Below are positions 49,767 to 60,141 of a DNA stretch of 64,000 nucleotides, piece by piece. Position 1 is the first letter of the stretch. Each line of letters starts with the position of its first letter. The notes beneath the pieces were generated by a model. The model was not told where the DNA came from and made no database searches. It was given only the letters and a program-made list of their open reading frames with translations. The DNA comes from Alphaproteobacteria bacterium (GTDB taxonomy: Bacteria > Pseudomonadota > Alphaproteobacteria > UBA828): NCBI GenBank assembly GCA_965214705.1, contig CBDCCI010000002.1, positions 2,624,001-2,688,000 of the forward strand, given 5' to 3'. A program made the translations under genes and the position numbers.

Positions 49767-50248
49767 TCCGCCGCCTGCTCCACGAGCCCGCGCCCGTGGC
49801 TCGAGAGCCGGTGGCTCATGCCGAGCACCCGGCGCGCACAGACGTCTTCGAGAGAGACCGCGCTGAGAAAGCCGTGAATGTGGAGACCCAGCTCGTCCCA
49901 CAGATCGTGGGTGACGCAGCGCTTCGCGTCTTTCATGCAGCCCTGCCCCGTGTTCGGCGGGCAGCGCGTGGCGCGCAGGTTCTCGTCCACCGCGACGACG
50001 ATGTCCACGATCCGGAGCTCCGCCGCGGGCCGCGCGAGCCGGTAGCCGCCGCCCGGCCCGCGTGCGCTCCGCACCAGGCCCGCGCGGCGCAGGCGGCCGA
50101 ATAGCTGCTCCAGATAGGACTGGGAGATTTCCTGTCGCGCGGCAATCTCGGCGAGCGTCACGGGCTTGGCCTCGCTCGCGCCGCCCGAGCGCATCGCCAG
50201 CTCCACCATCGCCATCACCGCGTAGCGGCCCTTGGTGCCGAGCTTCAC
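49763..50248 (-). CDS. iscR: Rrf2-family Fe-S regulator IscR
   Basis: TKGRYAV, SYLEQLF, RGPGGGY, three C-terminal Cys and THDLW. Confidence 0.88.
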   Translation of the reverse strand: MKLGTKGRYAVMAMVELAMRSGGASEAKPVTLAEIAARQEISQSYLEQLFGRLRRAGLVRSARGPGGGYRLARPAAELRIVDIVVAVDENLRATRCPPNTGQGCMKDAKRCVTHDLWDELGLHIHGFLSAVSLEDVCARRVLGMSHRLSSHGRGLVEQAAE

Positions 50249-50270
50249 GCCCCGCCTCCTCGCGCTGCGT

Positions 50271-51029
50271 CTAGCCGCCCGCGGCGCGGCGGCCCAGCGG
50301 CGTCGCGGCCTCCTCGGCGTCGCCCTCGGCCCCGGTCTCGTCCTCGACTGCAAGCGCGGCCTCCGGCTTGGCGGCGGCCTGCTCCAGCTCCTCCACGCGG
50401 TCTCTCAGGGCACGAACCTCGGCCAGCAGCTTGTCGACGGCACGCGTCGTCGGGTCCGCGATATCGGGCGAGGGCGTGCCATAGGCATCGAATGACGATG
50501 CCTCCTTCTTCGCCTCAGTCGGCCCCGCAGCGCGCGCGGGGATGCCCACCATGGTGGCGCCGGGCGGCACGTCCTTGAGCACCACGGCGTTGGCGCCGAT
50601 GCGCGCATCGCGGCCCACCGTGATCGGGCCCAGCACCTGCGCGCCCGCGCCCACCACGACGCCGTCGCCCACCGTGGGGTGCCGCTTGCCCGGCGACCAG
50701 GTCACCCCGCCGAGCGTGACTTGGTGATAGAGCGTCACGTCGTCGCCGATCACGGAGGTCTCGCCGATGACCACGCCCATGCCGTGGTCGATGAAGAGGC
50801 GGCGGCCGATCTGGGCGCCGGGATGGATCTCGATGCCCGTGACAATCCGGCCCACGTGGGACACGAAGCGGCCGAGCAGGCGGAAGCCGCTTTGCCAGAG
50901 CCAGTGCGACACGTGATAGAACAGCAGCGCGTGGAACCCTGGATAACAGAAAAACACCTCGATCCTGGAGCGGACCGCCGGGTCGCGGCCGAACACACAG
51001 CCGATATCTTCCCAAATACGCTTGAACAT
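50271..51029 (-). CDS. cysE: Serine O-acetyltransferase
   Basis: [31 protein letters not shown]. Confidence 0.95.
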   Translation of the reverse strand: MFKRIWEDIGCVFGRDPAVRSRIEVFFCYPGFHALLFYHVSHWLWQSGFRLLGRFVSHVGRIVTGIEIHPGAQIGRRLFIDHGMGVVIGETSVIGDDVTLYHQVTLGGVTWSPGKRHPTVGDGVVVGAGAQVLGPITVGRDARIGANAVVLKDVPPGATMVGIPARAAGPTEAKKEASSFDAYGTPSPDIADPTTRAVDKLLAEVRALRDRVEELEQAAAKPEAALAVEDETGAEGDAEEAATPLGRRAAGG

Positions 51030-51109
51030 GGCGCAGCCGTCCGTATATCAATGGCCGGCGCGGGGCGCCGCCGCCGGCCATTATACCCGTGTGACGGACG
51101 GGATATAGA

Positions 51110-51134
51110 GTTCCCGACTCTAGGGGTCAAGTAT
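51110..51134 (-). promoter_or_regulatory. Putative IscR type-1 binding site
   Basis: Minus strand ATACTTGACCCCTAGAGTCGGGAAC resembles the consensus ATASYYGACTRwwwYAGTCRRSTAT; upstream of cysE-iscR. Confidence 0.6.
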
Positions 51135-51237
51135 CTCCGCTGCGCCACGCCGGGCGGGGAGGCGTGGCCGCCATGTGTTGCCGGCACCGGTCGCACCGCG
51201 ATCCTGTTTTTCAGCGTTCGGAGCCCATGAGTCGCCC

Positions 51238-51876
51238 ATGCCGGAAGTGATGATCAACGGGCCAGAGGGTCGCCTGCAGGCGCGCTACCAGCAGGCCGAG
51301 GACCCTCGCGCACCCATCGCGCTCATGCTGCACCCGCACCCGCAGCACGGTGGCACGATGAACAACAAGATCGTCCACGCGCTCTACCACGCCTTCCTCC
51401 GGCAATCGTTCTCGGTCATTCGGTTCAACTTTCGCGGCGTCGGCCGCTCCCAGGGCCAGTACGACCACGGGCAGGGCGAGTTGAGCGACGCCGCCTCGGT
51501 GCTCGACTGGCTGCAGATACAGAATTCGGGTGCCGACCGCTGCTGGATCGCCGGATTCTCCTTCGGCGCCTGGATCGCCATGCAGCTGCTGATGCGCCGG
51601 CCGGAGATCGAAGGCTTCGTCGCGGTCTCCCCGCCGGCCAACAAGTTCGACTTCACCTTCCTCGCGCCGTGCCCGTCGTCGGGCCTGATCGTCCACGGCG
51701 GCGCCGACGATTTGGTGCCCGAGCCCGAAGTGGCGGAGCTTGCGACCAAGCTGCAGAGCCAGCGCCAGATCGAGATCGACTACGAGGTCATCGAGGGCGC
51801 CGGCCACTTTTACGAACGCGAACTCGACACCATGGCCGAGATCGTCGAGCGCTACGTCGCCCGCCGCGTCGACTGA
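51238..51876 (+). CDS. Conserved alpha/beta hydrolase (isc-associated)
   Basis: MPEVMINGPEGRL, HPHPQHGGTMNN, GFSFG. Confidence 0.9.
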   Translation: MPEVMINGPEGRLQARYQQAEDPRAPIALMLHPHPQHGGTMNNKIVHALYHAFLRQSFSVIRFNFRGVGRSQGQYDHGQGELSDAASVLDWLQIQNSGADRCWIAGFSFGAWIAMQLLMRRPEIEGFVAVSPPANKFDFTFLAPCPSSGLIVHGGADDLVPEPEVAELATKLQSQRQIEIDYEVIEGAGHFYERELDTMAEIVERYVARRVD

Positions 51877-51882
51877 CTCCCC

Positions 51883-52980
51883 TTACGCCGGATGGAAGAC
51901 CCCGCCGCTCACCGGGTGGGGAACGCCCGTGGTGCGCGGCAGGCTGAGCACGAGCCCCCGCCGGCTGCGCACGGCGAGATAGCCGAAGGCCTGCGCCTCC
52001 AGCGCATCGCCCTGCCAGCCGACCACCTCTACCGGCTCGCAGGGTGTGCCCAGACGCTCGCCGAGCGTCGCCATGAGCGCCGGGTTGTGCCGCCCGCCGC
52101 CGGTCACCAGCCAGCGCTGGGGCGCCGCCGGCATGTGCGCGAGCGCACGGCGCACGGCTTCCGCCGTGAAGGCCACCAGCGTCGTGGCGCCATCGGCTGC
52201 CGCCAGGCCGCTCACGGGCGCCGGGTCGAATTGGTTGCGATCCAACGACTTGGGCGGCGGAGCGTCGAAGTAGGGGTGCGCCAGCAGGGCATCCAGAGCG
52301 CTGGAGTCGACCGTGCCCGAGCGCGCGAGCCTGCCGTCATGGTCGAGGGCGGCCCCGGTCTTGCCGAGCACCCAGTCGTCGATCAGCGCGCAGCCCGGCC
52401 CTGTGTCGAAGGCCAGCAGGTCCTCGTCGGCCGGGCCGCCGATCCAGGTCACGTTGGCGACGCCGCCGAGATTGAGCACGGCAAGCGGCACGGCGAGCCC
52501 GCTACGCCGGGCGAGCGCCGCATGGAAGAGCGGCACGAGCGGCGCCCCCTGCCCGCCTGCGGCGACGTCGTTGCTGCGAAAGTCGTTCACCACGTCGATC
52601 CCGAGCCGGCGGGCGAGCGCCGCGCCGTCGCCGATCTGATCGGTGAACCCCGCAGCGGGGTCGTGGCGCACCGTGTGGCCGGGGAAGCCCGCGACAGCGA
52701 CCTCCTCCCTGGCCACGCCGGCTTCGGTCAGCAACGCCTCGGCGGCATCCGCGTGGAACGCGGTCAGCGCGCGCTCCGTGTCCTCGCGCTCGCCCCGCCC
52801 CTCGATCACGGCCCGGAGCTGCGTGCGTAGCGCCGCCGGATAGGGCTCGGTGCGCCACGGGCCGAAGCCCGAGACGGTGACGCTATCGGTCTCGATCAGC
52901 GCCGCATCGACGCCGTCGAGCGAGGTGCCGCTCATCATACCGAGCGCCCAGACGGGCCCATCCGGCAAGGCGTCGCTCAT
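51883..52980 (-). CDS. anmK: Anhydro-N-acetylmuramic acid kinase
   Basis: GMMSGTSLDGVD, DFRSNDVAAGGQGAPL, NLGGVAN, FDTGPG, EAQAF. Confidence 0.95.
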   Translation of the reverse strand: MSDALPDGPVWALGMMSGTSLDGVDAALIETDSVTVSGFGPWRTEPYPAALRTQLRAVIEGRGEREDTERALTAFHADAAEALLTEAGVAREEVAVAGFPGHTVRHDPAAGFTDQIGDGAALARRLGIDVVNDFRSNDVAAGGQGAPLVPLFHAALARRSGLAVPLAVLNLGGVANVTWIGGPADEDLLAFDTGPGCALIDDWVLGKTGAALDHDGRLARSGTVDSSALDALLAHPYFDAPPPKSLDRNQFDPAPVSGLAAADGATTLVAFTAEAVRRALAHMPAAPQRWLVTGGGRHNPALMATLGERLGTPCEPVEVVGWQGDALEAQAFGYLAVRSRRGLVLSLPRTTGVPHPVSGGVFHPA

Positions 52981-53102
52981 CGGTGCCATGCGGCAGGCCG
53001 GGCGCCGCGTTGTCCGCGCGCGGGCCGTGTGATACATGACCGCGCGCCTCGGCGCCCCGCGCGGGCCGCCGGGCGGAACGGCAGCCAGCGGGTCGAGCGA
53101 CG

Positions 53103-54350
53103 GTGTTTTCCTCCGATTTCATGCGCGTGCTGTCGGAGCGCGGCTACATCCACCAGTGCACCGACGACGCGGGCCTCGACGGGCTCGCCGCGCAGGGGCG
53201 CCTGAGCGCCTACATCGGCTTCGACTGCACCGCCGACAGCCTGCACGTGGGCAGCCTGGTGCAGATCATGATGCTGCGCTGGCTGCAGAAGACAGGTCAC
53301 CGGCCCATCGTGCTGCTCGGCGGCGGCACCACCAAGATCGGCGACCCGAGCGGGCGCGACGAATCGCGCTCGCTGCTCAGCGAAGACGCCATCGTCGCGA
53401 ACAAGAAGGGCATCCGGCGCTCGTTCGACCGCTTCCTCTCCTTCGGCGACGGGACCACCGACGCGCTGCTCGTGGACAACGCCGACTGGCTCGACGGGCT
53501 CGGCTACATCCCGCTGCTGCGCGACATCGGCGCCCACTTCTCGATCAACCGGATGCTGACCTTCGACAGCGTGCGCCTGCGGCTCGACCGCGAGCAGCCG
53601 CTGAGCTTCCTGGAGTTCAACTACATGATCCTCCAGGCCTACGACTTCCTGGAACTGTCCCGCCGCGCCGATTGCCTCCTGCAGATGGGCGGCTCGGACC
53701 AGTGGGGCAACATCGTGAACGGCGTGGAGCTCGCGCGCCGCATCGACGGGCGCCAGGTTTTCGGGCTCACCACGCCGCTCATCACGCTGGCCTCCGGCGC
53801 GAAGATGGGCAAGACCGCCCAGGGAGCCGTCTGGCTCAACGCCGACCGGCTCTCGCCCTACGACTACTGGCAGTATTGGCGTAACATCGACGACGCCGAC
53901 GTCGGCCGCTTCATGCGGCTCTTCACCGAGCTGCCGCTGGACGAGATCGCGCGTCACGAGGCGCTCGAAGGCGCCGAGTTGAACGACTCCAAGAAGCTGC
54001 TGGCGAACGAGGCGACGGCCCTCTGCCACGGCGCGGACGCCGCCGCCAACGCCGCGGAGACGGCGCGGCAGACCTTCGAGGAAGGTGCGGCCGGTGCGGA
54101 CCTGCCCGTCTTCGACGCTGCGCGGAGCGAGCTCGAAGCCGGCATCCCCGCCATCGCGCTGTTTCAGACGGCGGGGCTCTGCGAATCGGGCGGCGCGGCA
54201 AGGCGGCTCATCCGGGGCGGCGGCGCCCGCATCAACGGCACGGTGATCGAGTCGGAGACGCGCGCCATCGGCCCCGACGACATCGGTGCCGACGGCCGGA
54301 TCAAGCTCTCCGCCGGCAAGAAGCGCCACGCCCTGATCCGCCCGGCCTGA
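53103..54350 (+). CDS. tyrS: Tyrosine--tRNA ligase
   Basis: [31 protein letters not shown]4-like C-terminus. Confidence 0.97.
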   Translation: MFSSDFMRVLSERGYIHQCTDDAGLDGLAAQGRLSAYIGFDCTADSLHVGSLVQIMMLRWLQKTGHRPIVLLGGGTTKIGDPSGRDESRSLLSEDAIVANKKGIRRSFDRFLSFGDGTTDALLVDNADWLDGLGYIPLLRDIGAHFSINRMLTFDSVRLRLDREQPLSFLEFNYMILQAYDFLELSRRADCLLQMGGSDQWGNIVNGVELARRIDGRQVFGLTTPLITLASGAKMGKTAQGAVWLNADRLSPYDYWQYWRNIDDADVGRFMRLFTELPLDEIARHEALEGAELNDSKKLLANEATALCHGADAAANAAETARQTFEEGAAGADLPVFDAARSELEAGIPAIALFQTAGLCESGGAARRLIRGGGARINGTVIESETRAIGPDDIGADGRIKLSAGKKRHALIRPA

Positions 54351-54396
54351 TTTCCGCGCGCCAGACCTCGGCGCGCGCCTCTCGAACCTCCGGCAC

Positions 54397-54780
54397 TCAG
54401 CCGTTGGCCGGCCCCTCGTCGGGCTGCCAGGGCTCGTAGTCCCCGGTTGCGTGGTCGCGCCTGCCCCGGCCCAGGATGTGCCCCGGCGGCCGGTAGGCAG
54501 CGGCGGTGCCGGTGAGGTTCGGCTGGTGCGGCTTCTCCCAGGGCTGCGCGCGAAGCGGCGCCTCCGTCGGCGGCTCGTCGGTGCTGTGGTGGAGCCAGCG
54601 GTGCCACTCCGGCGGCACCCGCGACGCCTCTACCTCGCCCTCGTAGACGACCCAGCGCCGCTCGCGCTCGCCAGGCCCCGACCGCCCCCACCGCTCGCGA
54701 TAGTAGCGGTTGCCGGCGTCGTCCTCGCCCACCAGCGCGCCGCAGAGCATGGTGTAGAGCCGTGTGCCGATCGTCGCCAT
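54397..54780 (-). CDS. NDUFA12-family protein
   Basis: VGEDDAGNRYY, RRWVVY, VPPEWHRWLHH, WEKPHQPNLTGT. Confidence 0.92.
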   Translation of the reverse strand: MATIGTRLYTMLCGALVGEDDAGNRYYRERWGRSGPGERERRWVVYEGEVEASRVPPEWHRWLHHSTDEPPTEAPLRAQPWEKPHQPNLTGTAAAYRPPGHILGRGRRDHATGDYEPWQPDEGPANG

Positions 54781-54949
54781 CGCCCCGCCGGTGTTCCCGC
54801 ACCCGTTTCAGCCCAGCGCCGCCGCTTATGCCACGGCCACACGCCACCCGTCCAGAGACCGCAGTCGCCCCTGATCCACCCAGTTCCTGCAACCTCCCGA
54901 AAATCCGATCTACGGCAACCGCCAAGTGCCGCTATTCTGAGGACCAGCC

Positions 54950-55411
54950 ATGCGCATCATCCCACCGATACTGCTCTGCATTATGGTCGGCTTGATGGTC
55001 GGGGCCGACACGTTGCTGCCCCTGATCCGGTTCGACCCGCCCGGTCTCCTCTGGGCGGGTGCGGCGATCGTGGTTCTCGGCGTCTGCATTGCGGGGCCCG
55101 CGATGTTGCGGTTTCGACGGGCCCGAACCAACTTCCATACCTTCAAGGAGCCCGGCGTGCTCGTCACCGACGGGCCCTACGCCATCAGCCGGAACCCGAT
55201 GTACGTGGGCATGGTTCTGGCGGGACTCGGAGCCGCGCTGATCACCGCAACGCTGGCGGGGGTCATCCTGGCCGCGGCCTACGCGCTCATCGTCCGCTAC
55301 TGGTACATCGCCTACGAGGAGCGCGCGATGCGCCGGCAGTTCGGCGAGCACTACGACGCCTATTGCCGAAAAGTCGGGCGCTGGATCGGGCGACGCCGAA
55401 CCACTCAGTAG
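54950..55411 (+). CDS. ICMT/PEMT-family membrane methyltransferase
   Basis: LVTDGPYAISRNPMYVG, EERAMRRQFGEHYDAY...VGRW. Confidence 0.88.
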   Translation: MRIIPPILLCIMVGLMVGADTLLPLIRFDPPGLLWAGAAIVVLGVCIAGPAMLRFRRARTNFHTFKEPGVLVTDGPYAISRNPMYVGMVLAGLGAALITATLAGVILAAAYALIVRYWYIAYEERAMRRQFGEHYDAYCRKVGRWIGRRRTTQ

Positions 55412-55447
55412 GCGACACGTCGGCGGCTGATTGGCGCGCGGCCGGCC

Positions 55448-55462
55448 TTTACAATTCTTTAC
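55448..55462 (-). promoter_or_regulatory. CpxR-type box GTAAA-N5-GTAAA
   Basis: TTTACAATTCTTTAC about 80 bp upstream of the Spy/CpxP gene. Confidence 0.7.
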
Positions 55463-55541
55463 CTACCGGACACCGGCGGGAAACCGCCCATCCCCATCTT
55501 GAGTCATGTCCGACACCCCATAGCAAGAGAGAAGCGAAGAC

Positions 55542-56060
55542 ATGACCGACGACGACAAGACGGAGAACACCCCCGACCGCACCACCCGCCGCAAGGCGCG
55601 CCCGCGCTGGATCCTGATGAGCATCGCCGGCGCCCTCGTCCTGGTCATCGGCGGCATGACCTGGAGCGCGGTGGCCTATTCCGGCAAGTCGTGGGACGGC
55701 GACAAGATCGAGCGCTTCGTCGAGTGGAAGATCGACGGCATGCTCGACGAGGTCGACGCCACCGACGAGCAGCGCGAGCAAGTGCGTGCGATCACGACCG
55801 CCGCTCTGGCCGACATGGAGGAGTTCCGCGACTTCAAGCGCGAGGGCCGGCAGGCGCTGGTCGAGGCGCTCACCCAGGAGACGGTCGACCGCGAGGCGCT
55901 CGAAGCGTTGCGCCAGAACAAGCTCGCGACGGCCGACCGCGCCAGCCAGCGCCTGCTGGCGGCGCTCGCCGACGCGGCCGAGGTGCTGACACCTGCTCAG
56001 CGCCAGGAACTCGCGGCGGAACTGGAGTCTCACTGGCGGCACCATCATAGGCACGACTGA
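55542..56060 (+). CDS. Spy/CpxP-family periplasmic protein
   Basis: N-terminal TM/signal segment, ATDEQREQ and VLTPAQRQ (LTxxQ) motifs. Confidence 0.85.
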   Translation: MTDDDKTENTPDRTTRRKARPRWILMSIAGALVLVIGGMTWSAVAYSGKSWDGDKIERFVEWKIDGMLDEVDATDEQREQVRAITTAALADMEEFRDFKREGRQALVEALTQETVDREALEALRQNKLATADRASQRLLAALADAAEVLTPAQRQELAAELESHWRHHHRHD

Positions 56061-56129
56061 GCGCCCTCACCCCAACCGAGGTAAGGCGCGGTAGGCACCG
56101 TGCGGCATCTCCCTCCGCACGGTGTCGGC

Positions 56130-56182
56130 GCGGGCGGAGCCCCCTTACGACCCTCCCTGCGCAAAGGGGGGGCTCCGCCTGC
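56130..56182. other. GC-rich inverted repeat (hairpin)
   Basis: GCGGGCGGAGCCCCC...GGGGGCTCCGCCTGC between spy and the acylase gene. Confidence 0.55.
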
Positions 56183-56244
56183 CTCTCTCCGAACGCCCGG
56201 CATTGGGCGTATAACAGTGGGCACATCGTCGCCTGGAGGAGCGC

Positions 56245-58527
56245 ATGGTTTCCTTTCTTTCCCCCCTCGCCGTCTGGCTTGCCCTCGGGACGGCGATGGT
56301 CGCGTTGTCGGCGTGCGCGCTGCTCACGCCGTTGCCGAAGCAGAAGGACGTCGCCGAGCGCCTGGCGGCGTTCCCCACGCGCGGCCTGCCGCTCGACGGG
56401 ACCGTGACGGTCCACTGGAACGAGCAGCAGATTCCCTTCATCGAAGCCGAGAGCGACGGCGACGCTGCGTTCGCGCTCGGCCTCGTGCACGCCCACCTGC
56501 GGCTGGGTCAGATGGCGACGATGCGGATGATCGCGCGCGGGCGCGTGTCGGAGATGATCGGCCCCCTCGGGGTCGACATCGACCACGGCCTGCGCACCCT
56601 CGACTTCGGTCGCGCGGCGCCTGAGATCGAGCGCGGCATGGATGCGGCGACGCGGCTCTGGGTCCAGCGCTTCGTGGACGGCATCAACCACTACCAGAAC
56701 GCCGCCGCCACGCTGCCGCACGACTTCGATGTTCTCAACCTGGAGCCCGAGCCCTGGACGGTCGTGGACGTGTTCGCCATGGGACGTCTCGCCGGCACGG
56801 ACGTGAACTGGCTGGTCTGGATGGACCTGCTCCCGCTGCGCGCACGGGCCGGCTGGGACGAGCTCTGGGCGCGCCTGGTGGAGGGCGGCGCGGTCTCGGT
56901 CGCGGGATCCGACAGCGACGGGGACACGGCCCGGATGCAGCGCTGGCTCGGCGGGCTCTCGAAGTCCGGCAGCAACAGCCTCGCCGTGGCAGGCCATCGC
57001 ACCGATACGGGCGGCGCGCTCATGGCCAACGACCCCCATCTCGGCATTCTGGTTCCCAACGTCTGGCTGATCGCCGGAATCAAATCGCCCTCCTATCACG
57101 CAGTCGGGCTCATGGCGCCGGGGCTGCCGATCTTCGCCATCGGCCGCAACCCGCACATCGCCTGGGGCGGCACGAACATGCGCGCAGCCTCGAGCGACCT
57201 CTACGATGTCAGCGACGTGCCGGGATCGGAGATCGACGCGCGGCGCGAGAGCATCGGCGTGCGCTGGTGGTTCGACAGCGACGTGACCGTCCGCGAATCA
57301 GAGTGGGGGCCGATCGTCACCGACGTACCGCTCCTCGCCGACTTCGACCTGCCGCCGCTCGCACTGAAATGGACCGGCCACGATGCGAGCGACGAGATCG
57401 GCGCCATGCTCGCGGTGAGCCGGGCGCGCACCTTCGACGAGTTCCGCGCGGCGTTCGACGGCTTCGCGGTGCCAGGCCAGAACATGCTCTACGCGGATGC
57501 AGACGGGAATATCGGCAGGGTGCTGGCAGTGCGGCTCCCCAGCCGCAACGGCCCGCCCGCCGACATCGCCCTCGACACGACCGGCCACGACGCCTCGTGG
57601 GGCACCATGCGCACCGCTGCGGACCTGCCCTTCAGCTACAATCCGGAGGCGGGCTACCTGGTCTCCGCCAACGACCGGCCGCCGGCGACGAGCATCCCGG
57701 TGGGATTCTTCTTCTCGCGCGACGACCGGGTGAACCGCATGCACGCCCTCATCGAGGCCGAATCCGCCGTGGGCGTCGAGACGCTCAAGGCGGTGCAGCA
57801 GGACGTCTACATGGCGTCGTCCGTGACGCTGCGCGATCTCTTCATCGCCAGGCTCGATGCGCTGGGAATGGCCGCGGCAGCCGACGCCAAGGGCAAGGAG
57901 GCGATCGGCCGGCTGCGCGATTGGGATGGAGAATACCGGGCCGACTCGCGCGGGGCGGTGACGTTCGAGCAATTCCGCCACGGCTTCACCGGCAGCTTCT
58001 ATGCCCTGCTCTATGGAGAGGACGACGGGCAGGCATTCGCCTCGGTCGACCGTCGCACGGCGCTGCTGGGCGAGGAGATCGCCGCGGCGGGCGAGAAGAC
58101 GCTGCGCGCGGCCCTTGCCGCGGGGCTGGAGGCGGCCGTCGATGGCCTGGAGTCGTTCGCAGACTGGGGTGAAATGCACCGCCTCAGCCTCGCGCATCCC
58201 CTCTCCTACGTCCCGCTCATCGGCGGCCGTTACGAGTTCGCCGAAGCCGGCGTAGGAGGCAGCTCGGCCACGCTGATGAAGACCGCGCACGATCCCACCG
58301 CCGAGCGTCACACCGTCAACTATGGCTCCAACGCGCGGCACATCTCCGACATGACGGACCCGGACGAGAACTATTTCGTGCTGCTCGGCGGCCAAGACGG
58401 CTGGTTCAACAGCACGACCATCCTGGATCAGTGGGAGCTGTGGCGCCGCGGCGATTACGTCCGCGTGCCGCTGACGCTCGACGAGGTGCGCGCGAGCTTC
58501 CCGCACGTGCTCTCCCTGAAGAACTGA
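56245..58527 (+). CDS. Penicillin acylase-family Ntn-hydrolase (probable lipoprotein)
   Basis: LSAC lipobox-like motif, IPFIEA, catalytic GSNSLAV, ANDPHL, QNMLYADADGNIG. Confidence 0.9.
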   Translation: MVSFLSPLAVWLALGTAMVALSACALLTPLPKQKDVAERLAAFPTRGLPLDGTVTVHWNEQQIPFIEAESDGDAAFALGLVHAHLRLGQMATMRMIARGRVSEMIGPLGVDIDHGLRTLDFGRAAPEIERGMDAATRLWVQRFVDGINHYQNAAATLPHDFDVLNLEPEPWTVVDVFAMGRLAGTDVNWLVWMDLLPLRARAGWDELWARLVEGGAVSVAGSDSDGDTARMQRWLGGLSKSGSNSLAVAGHRTDTGGALMANDPHLGILVPNVWLIAGIKSPSYHAVGLMAPGLPIFAIGRNPHIAWGGTNMRAASSDLYDVSDVPGSEIDARRESIGVRWWFDSDVTVRESEWGPIVTDVPLLADFDLPPLALKWTGHDASDEIGAMLAVSRARTFDEFRAAFDGFAVPGQNMLYADADGNIGRVLAVRLPSRNGPPADIALDTTGHDASWGTMRTAADLPFSYNPEAGYLVSANDRPPATSIPVGFFFSRDDRVNRMHALIEAESAVGVETLKAVQQDVYMASSVTLRDLFIARLDALGMAAAADAKGKEAIGRLRDWDGEYRADSRGAVTFEQFRHGFTGSFYALLYGEDDGQAFASVDRRTALLGEEIAAAGEKTLRAALAAGLEAAVDGLESFADWGEMHRLSLAHPLSYVPLIGGRYEFAEAGVGGSSATLMKTAHDPTAERHTVNYGSNARHISDMTDPDENYFVLLGGQDGWFNSTTILDQWELWRRGDYVRVPLTLDEVRASFPHVLSLKN

Positions 58528-58557
58528 CAGCGTGGCGGAGGCGCCCGCACCGGGACC

Positions 58558-60141
58558 ATGTACGACGCAACCTGGATGCTGCGGCTCTATGCCCGGCGGC
58601 GCCTGCGAGAGCTTGAGGCGATGGAGCCGCAGCAGACGCAGCGCCGCGTGCTCTCGTCCCTCATTCGCCGCGGCCGCCGCACCCAATTCGGGCGAGACCA
58701 CGGGTTTTCGGGCGCCTGGTCCCTCGACGAGTACCGGTCGCGGGTGCCGCTGCGCGATTACGATGCCTTCTGGCAGTCCTATTGGCAGGCGCCCTTTCCC
58801 CGCCTCGCCGATTGCACGTGGCCCGGCCTCATTCCCTGGTTCGCCGTGTCGTCGGGCACGGCGACCGGCACCACGAAGCACATCCCCGTGAGCCGTGAGA
58901 TGCACCGGTCGAACGTGCGCGCGGGCGCCGACCTGTTGACCCACCATCTCGCCAATCGGCCCCAGAGCCGCCTGTTCGCGGGCCGCGTCTTCATGCTCGG
59001 CGGCTCGACCGGCCTGGTGCGCCAAGCGCCGGGGGTCTTCAGCGGCGACATCAGCGGGATCGAGGCGGCCGCCATGCCCGGATGGGCGCGGCTGCGCTAC
59101 TTCCCGCCACGCGAGCTCGAAGGCATCGCCGACTGGCAGGTCAAGATCGATCGCTTCGCCGAACGCTCCCTGGATACGGAGATTTCGGCGGTCGCCGGCA
59201 CGCCGAGCTGGCTGCTGATCTTCTTCGAGCGCCTGATCGAGATCGCCGGCGCCCGCCGGGGTGGAGTGGCACGACGGATCGCCGACATCTATCCCGCGCT
59301 GGAACTGCTGTCACACGGCGGCGTCGCGTGGGCGCCCTATCGCGACCGTTTCGCCGCATTGCTCGAAGGCAGCCGCGCGGAGACACGCGAGGTCTACCCG
59401 GCGAGCGAGGGTTTCTTCGCCATCGCCGACCGCGCCGACGGCGAGGGCCTCCGGCTGCGGCTCGATGCCGGGATCTTCTATGAGTTCATCCCCGTCGACC
59501 AACTCGACAGCGCACACCCGGACTGCCGCTGGGTCGGCGACGTCGAGCCGGGGGTCAACTACGCGTTGGCGGTGACCACCTGCGCCGGCCTCTGGCGCTA
59601 CCTCGTGGGCGACACCGTGACCGTGGTCGAGCGCGATCCCTCGCGCGTCCTCGTCTCCGGTCGGACGAGCTACATGCTCTCCGCGTTCGGCGAGCACGTA
59701 ATCGGCAGTGAGGTGGAACAGGCCGTGGCGGAGGCGGCACGCGCGATCGGCGCGACCGTCAACGATTTTTCCGCGGGAAACGTGTTTCCCGACGAGACCG
59801 GCACGCGCGGCGGGCATCTCTACATCGTCGAATTGGGCGCGGCGCGCGAAGCAAACGGTCTCGCCGCCGAGTCGCCCGCGCGCTTCGCCGCCGCGCTCGA
59901 CTCGACGCTTTGCCGCCTCAACGACGATTACGAGACCCACCGCGCGGGCGGCTACGGCATGGATGCCCCGCGCGTTCGTTTTCTCCCGCCCGGCGGCTTC
60001 GCGGCGTGGATGAAGAGCCGCGGCAAGCTCGGCGGTCAGAACAAGGTGCCCCGCATCGTCAACGACCAGGCGCTCTTCGCCGGGCTAATCCAATTCGCCG
60101 ACACTTACGGGGAGCACGGAGAAGGGGCCGCACGGCGATGA
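58558..60141 (+). CDS. GH3-family acyl-adenylate amide synthetase
   Basis: SSGTATGTTKHIP, YPASEG, YEFIP, GLWRYLVGD, GGQNKVPR. Confidence 0.9.
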   Translation: MYDATWMLRLYARRRLRELEAMEPQQTQRRVLSSLIRRGRRTQFGRDHGFSGAWSLDEYRSRVPLRDYDAFWQSYWQAPFPRLADCTWPGLIPWFAVSSGTATGTTKHIPVSREMHRSNVRAGADLLTHHLANRPQSRLFAGRVFMLGGSTGLVRQAPGVFSGDISGIEAAAMPGWARLRYFPPRELEGIADWQVKIDRFAERSLDTEISAVAGTPSWLLIFFERLIEIAGARRGGVARRIADIYPALELLSHGGVAWAPYRDRFAALLEGSRAETREVYPASEGFFAIADRADGEGLRLRLDAGIFYEFIPVDQLDSAHPDCRWVGDVEPGVNYALAVTTCAGLWRYLVGDTVTVVERDPSRVLVSGRTSYMLSAFGEHVIGSEVEQAVAEAARAIGATVNDFSAGNVFPDETGTRGGHLYIVELGAAREANGLAAESPARFAAALDSTLCRLNDDYETHRAGGYGMDAPRVRFLPPGGFAAWMKSRGKLGGQNKVPRIVNDQALFAGLIQFADTYGEHGEGAARR

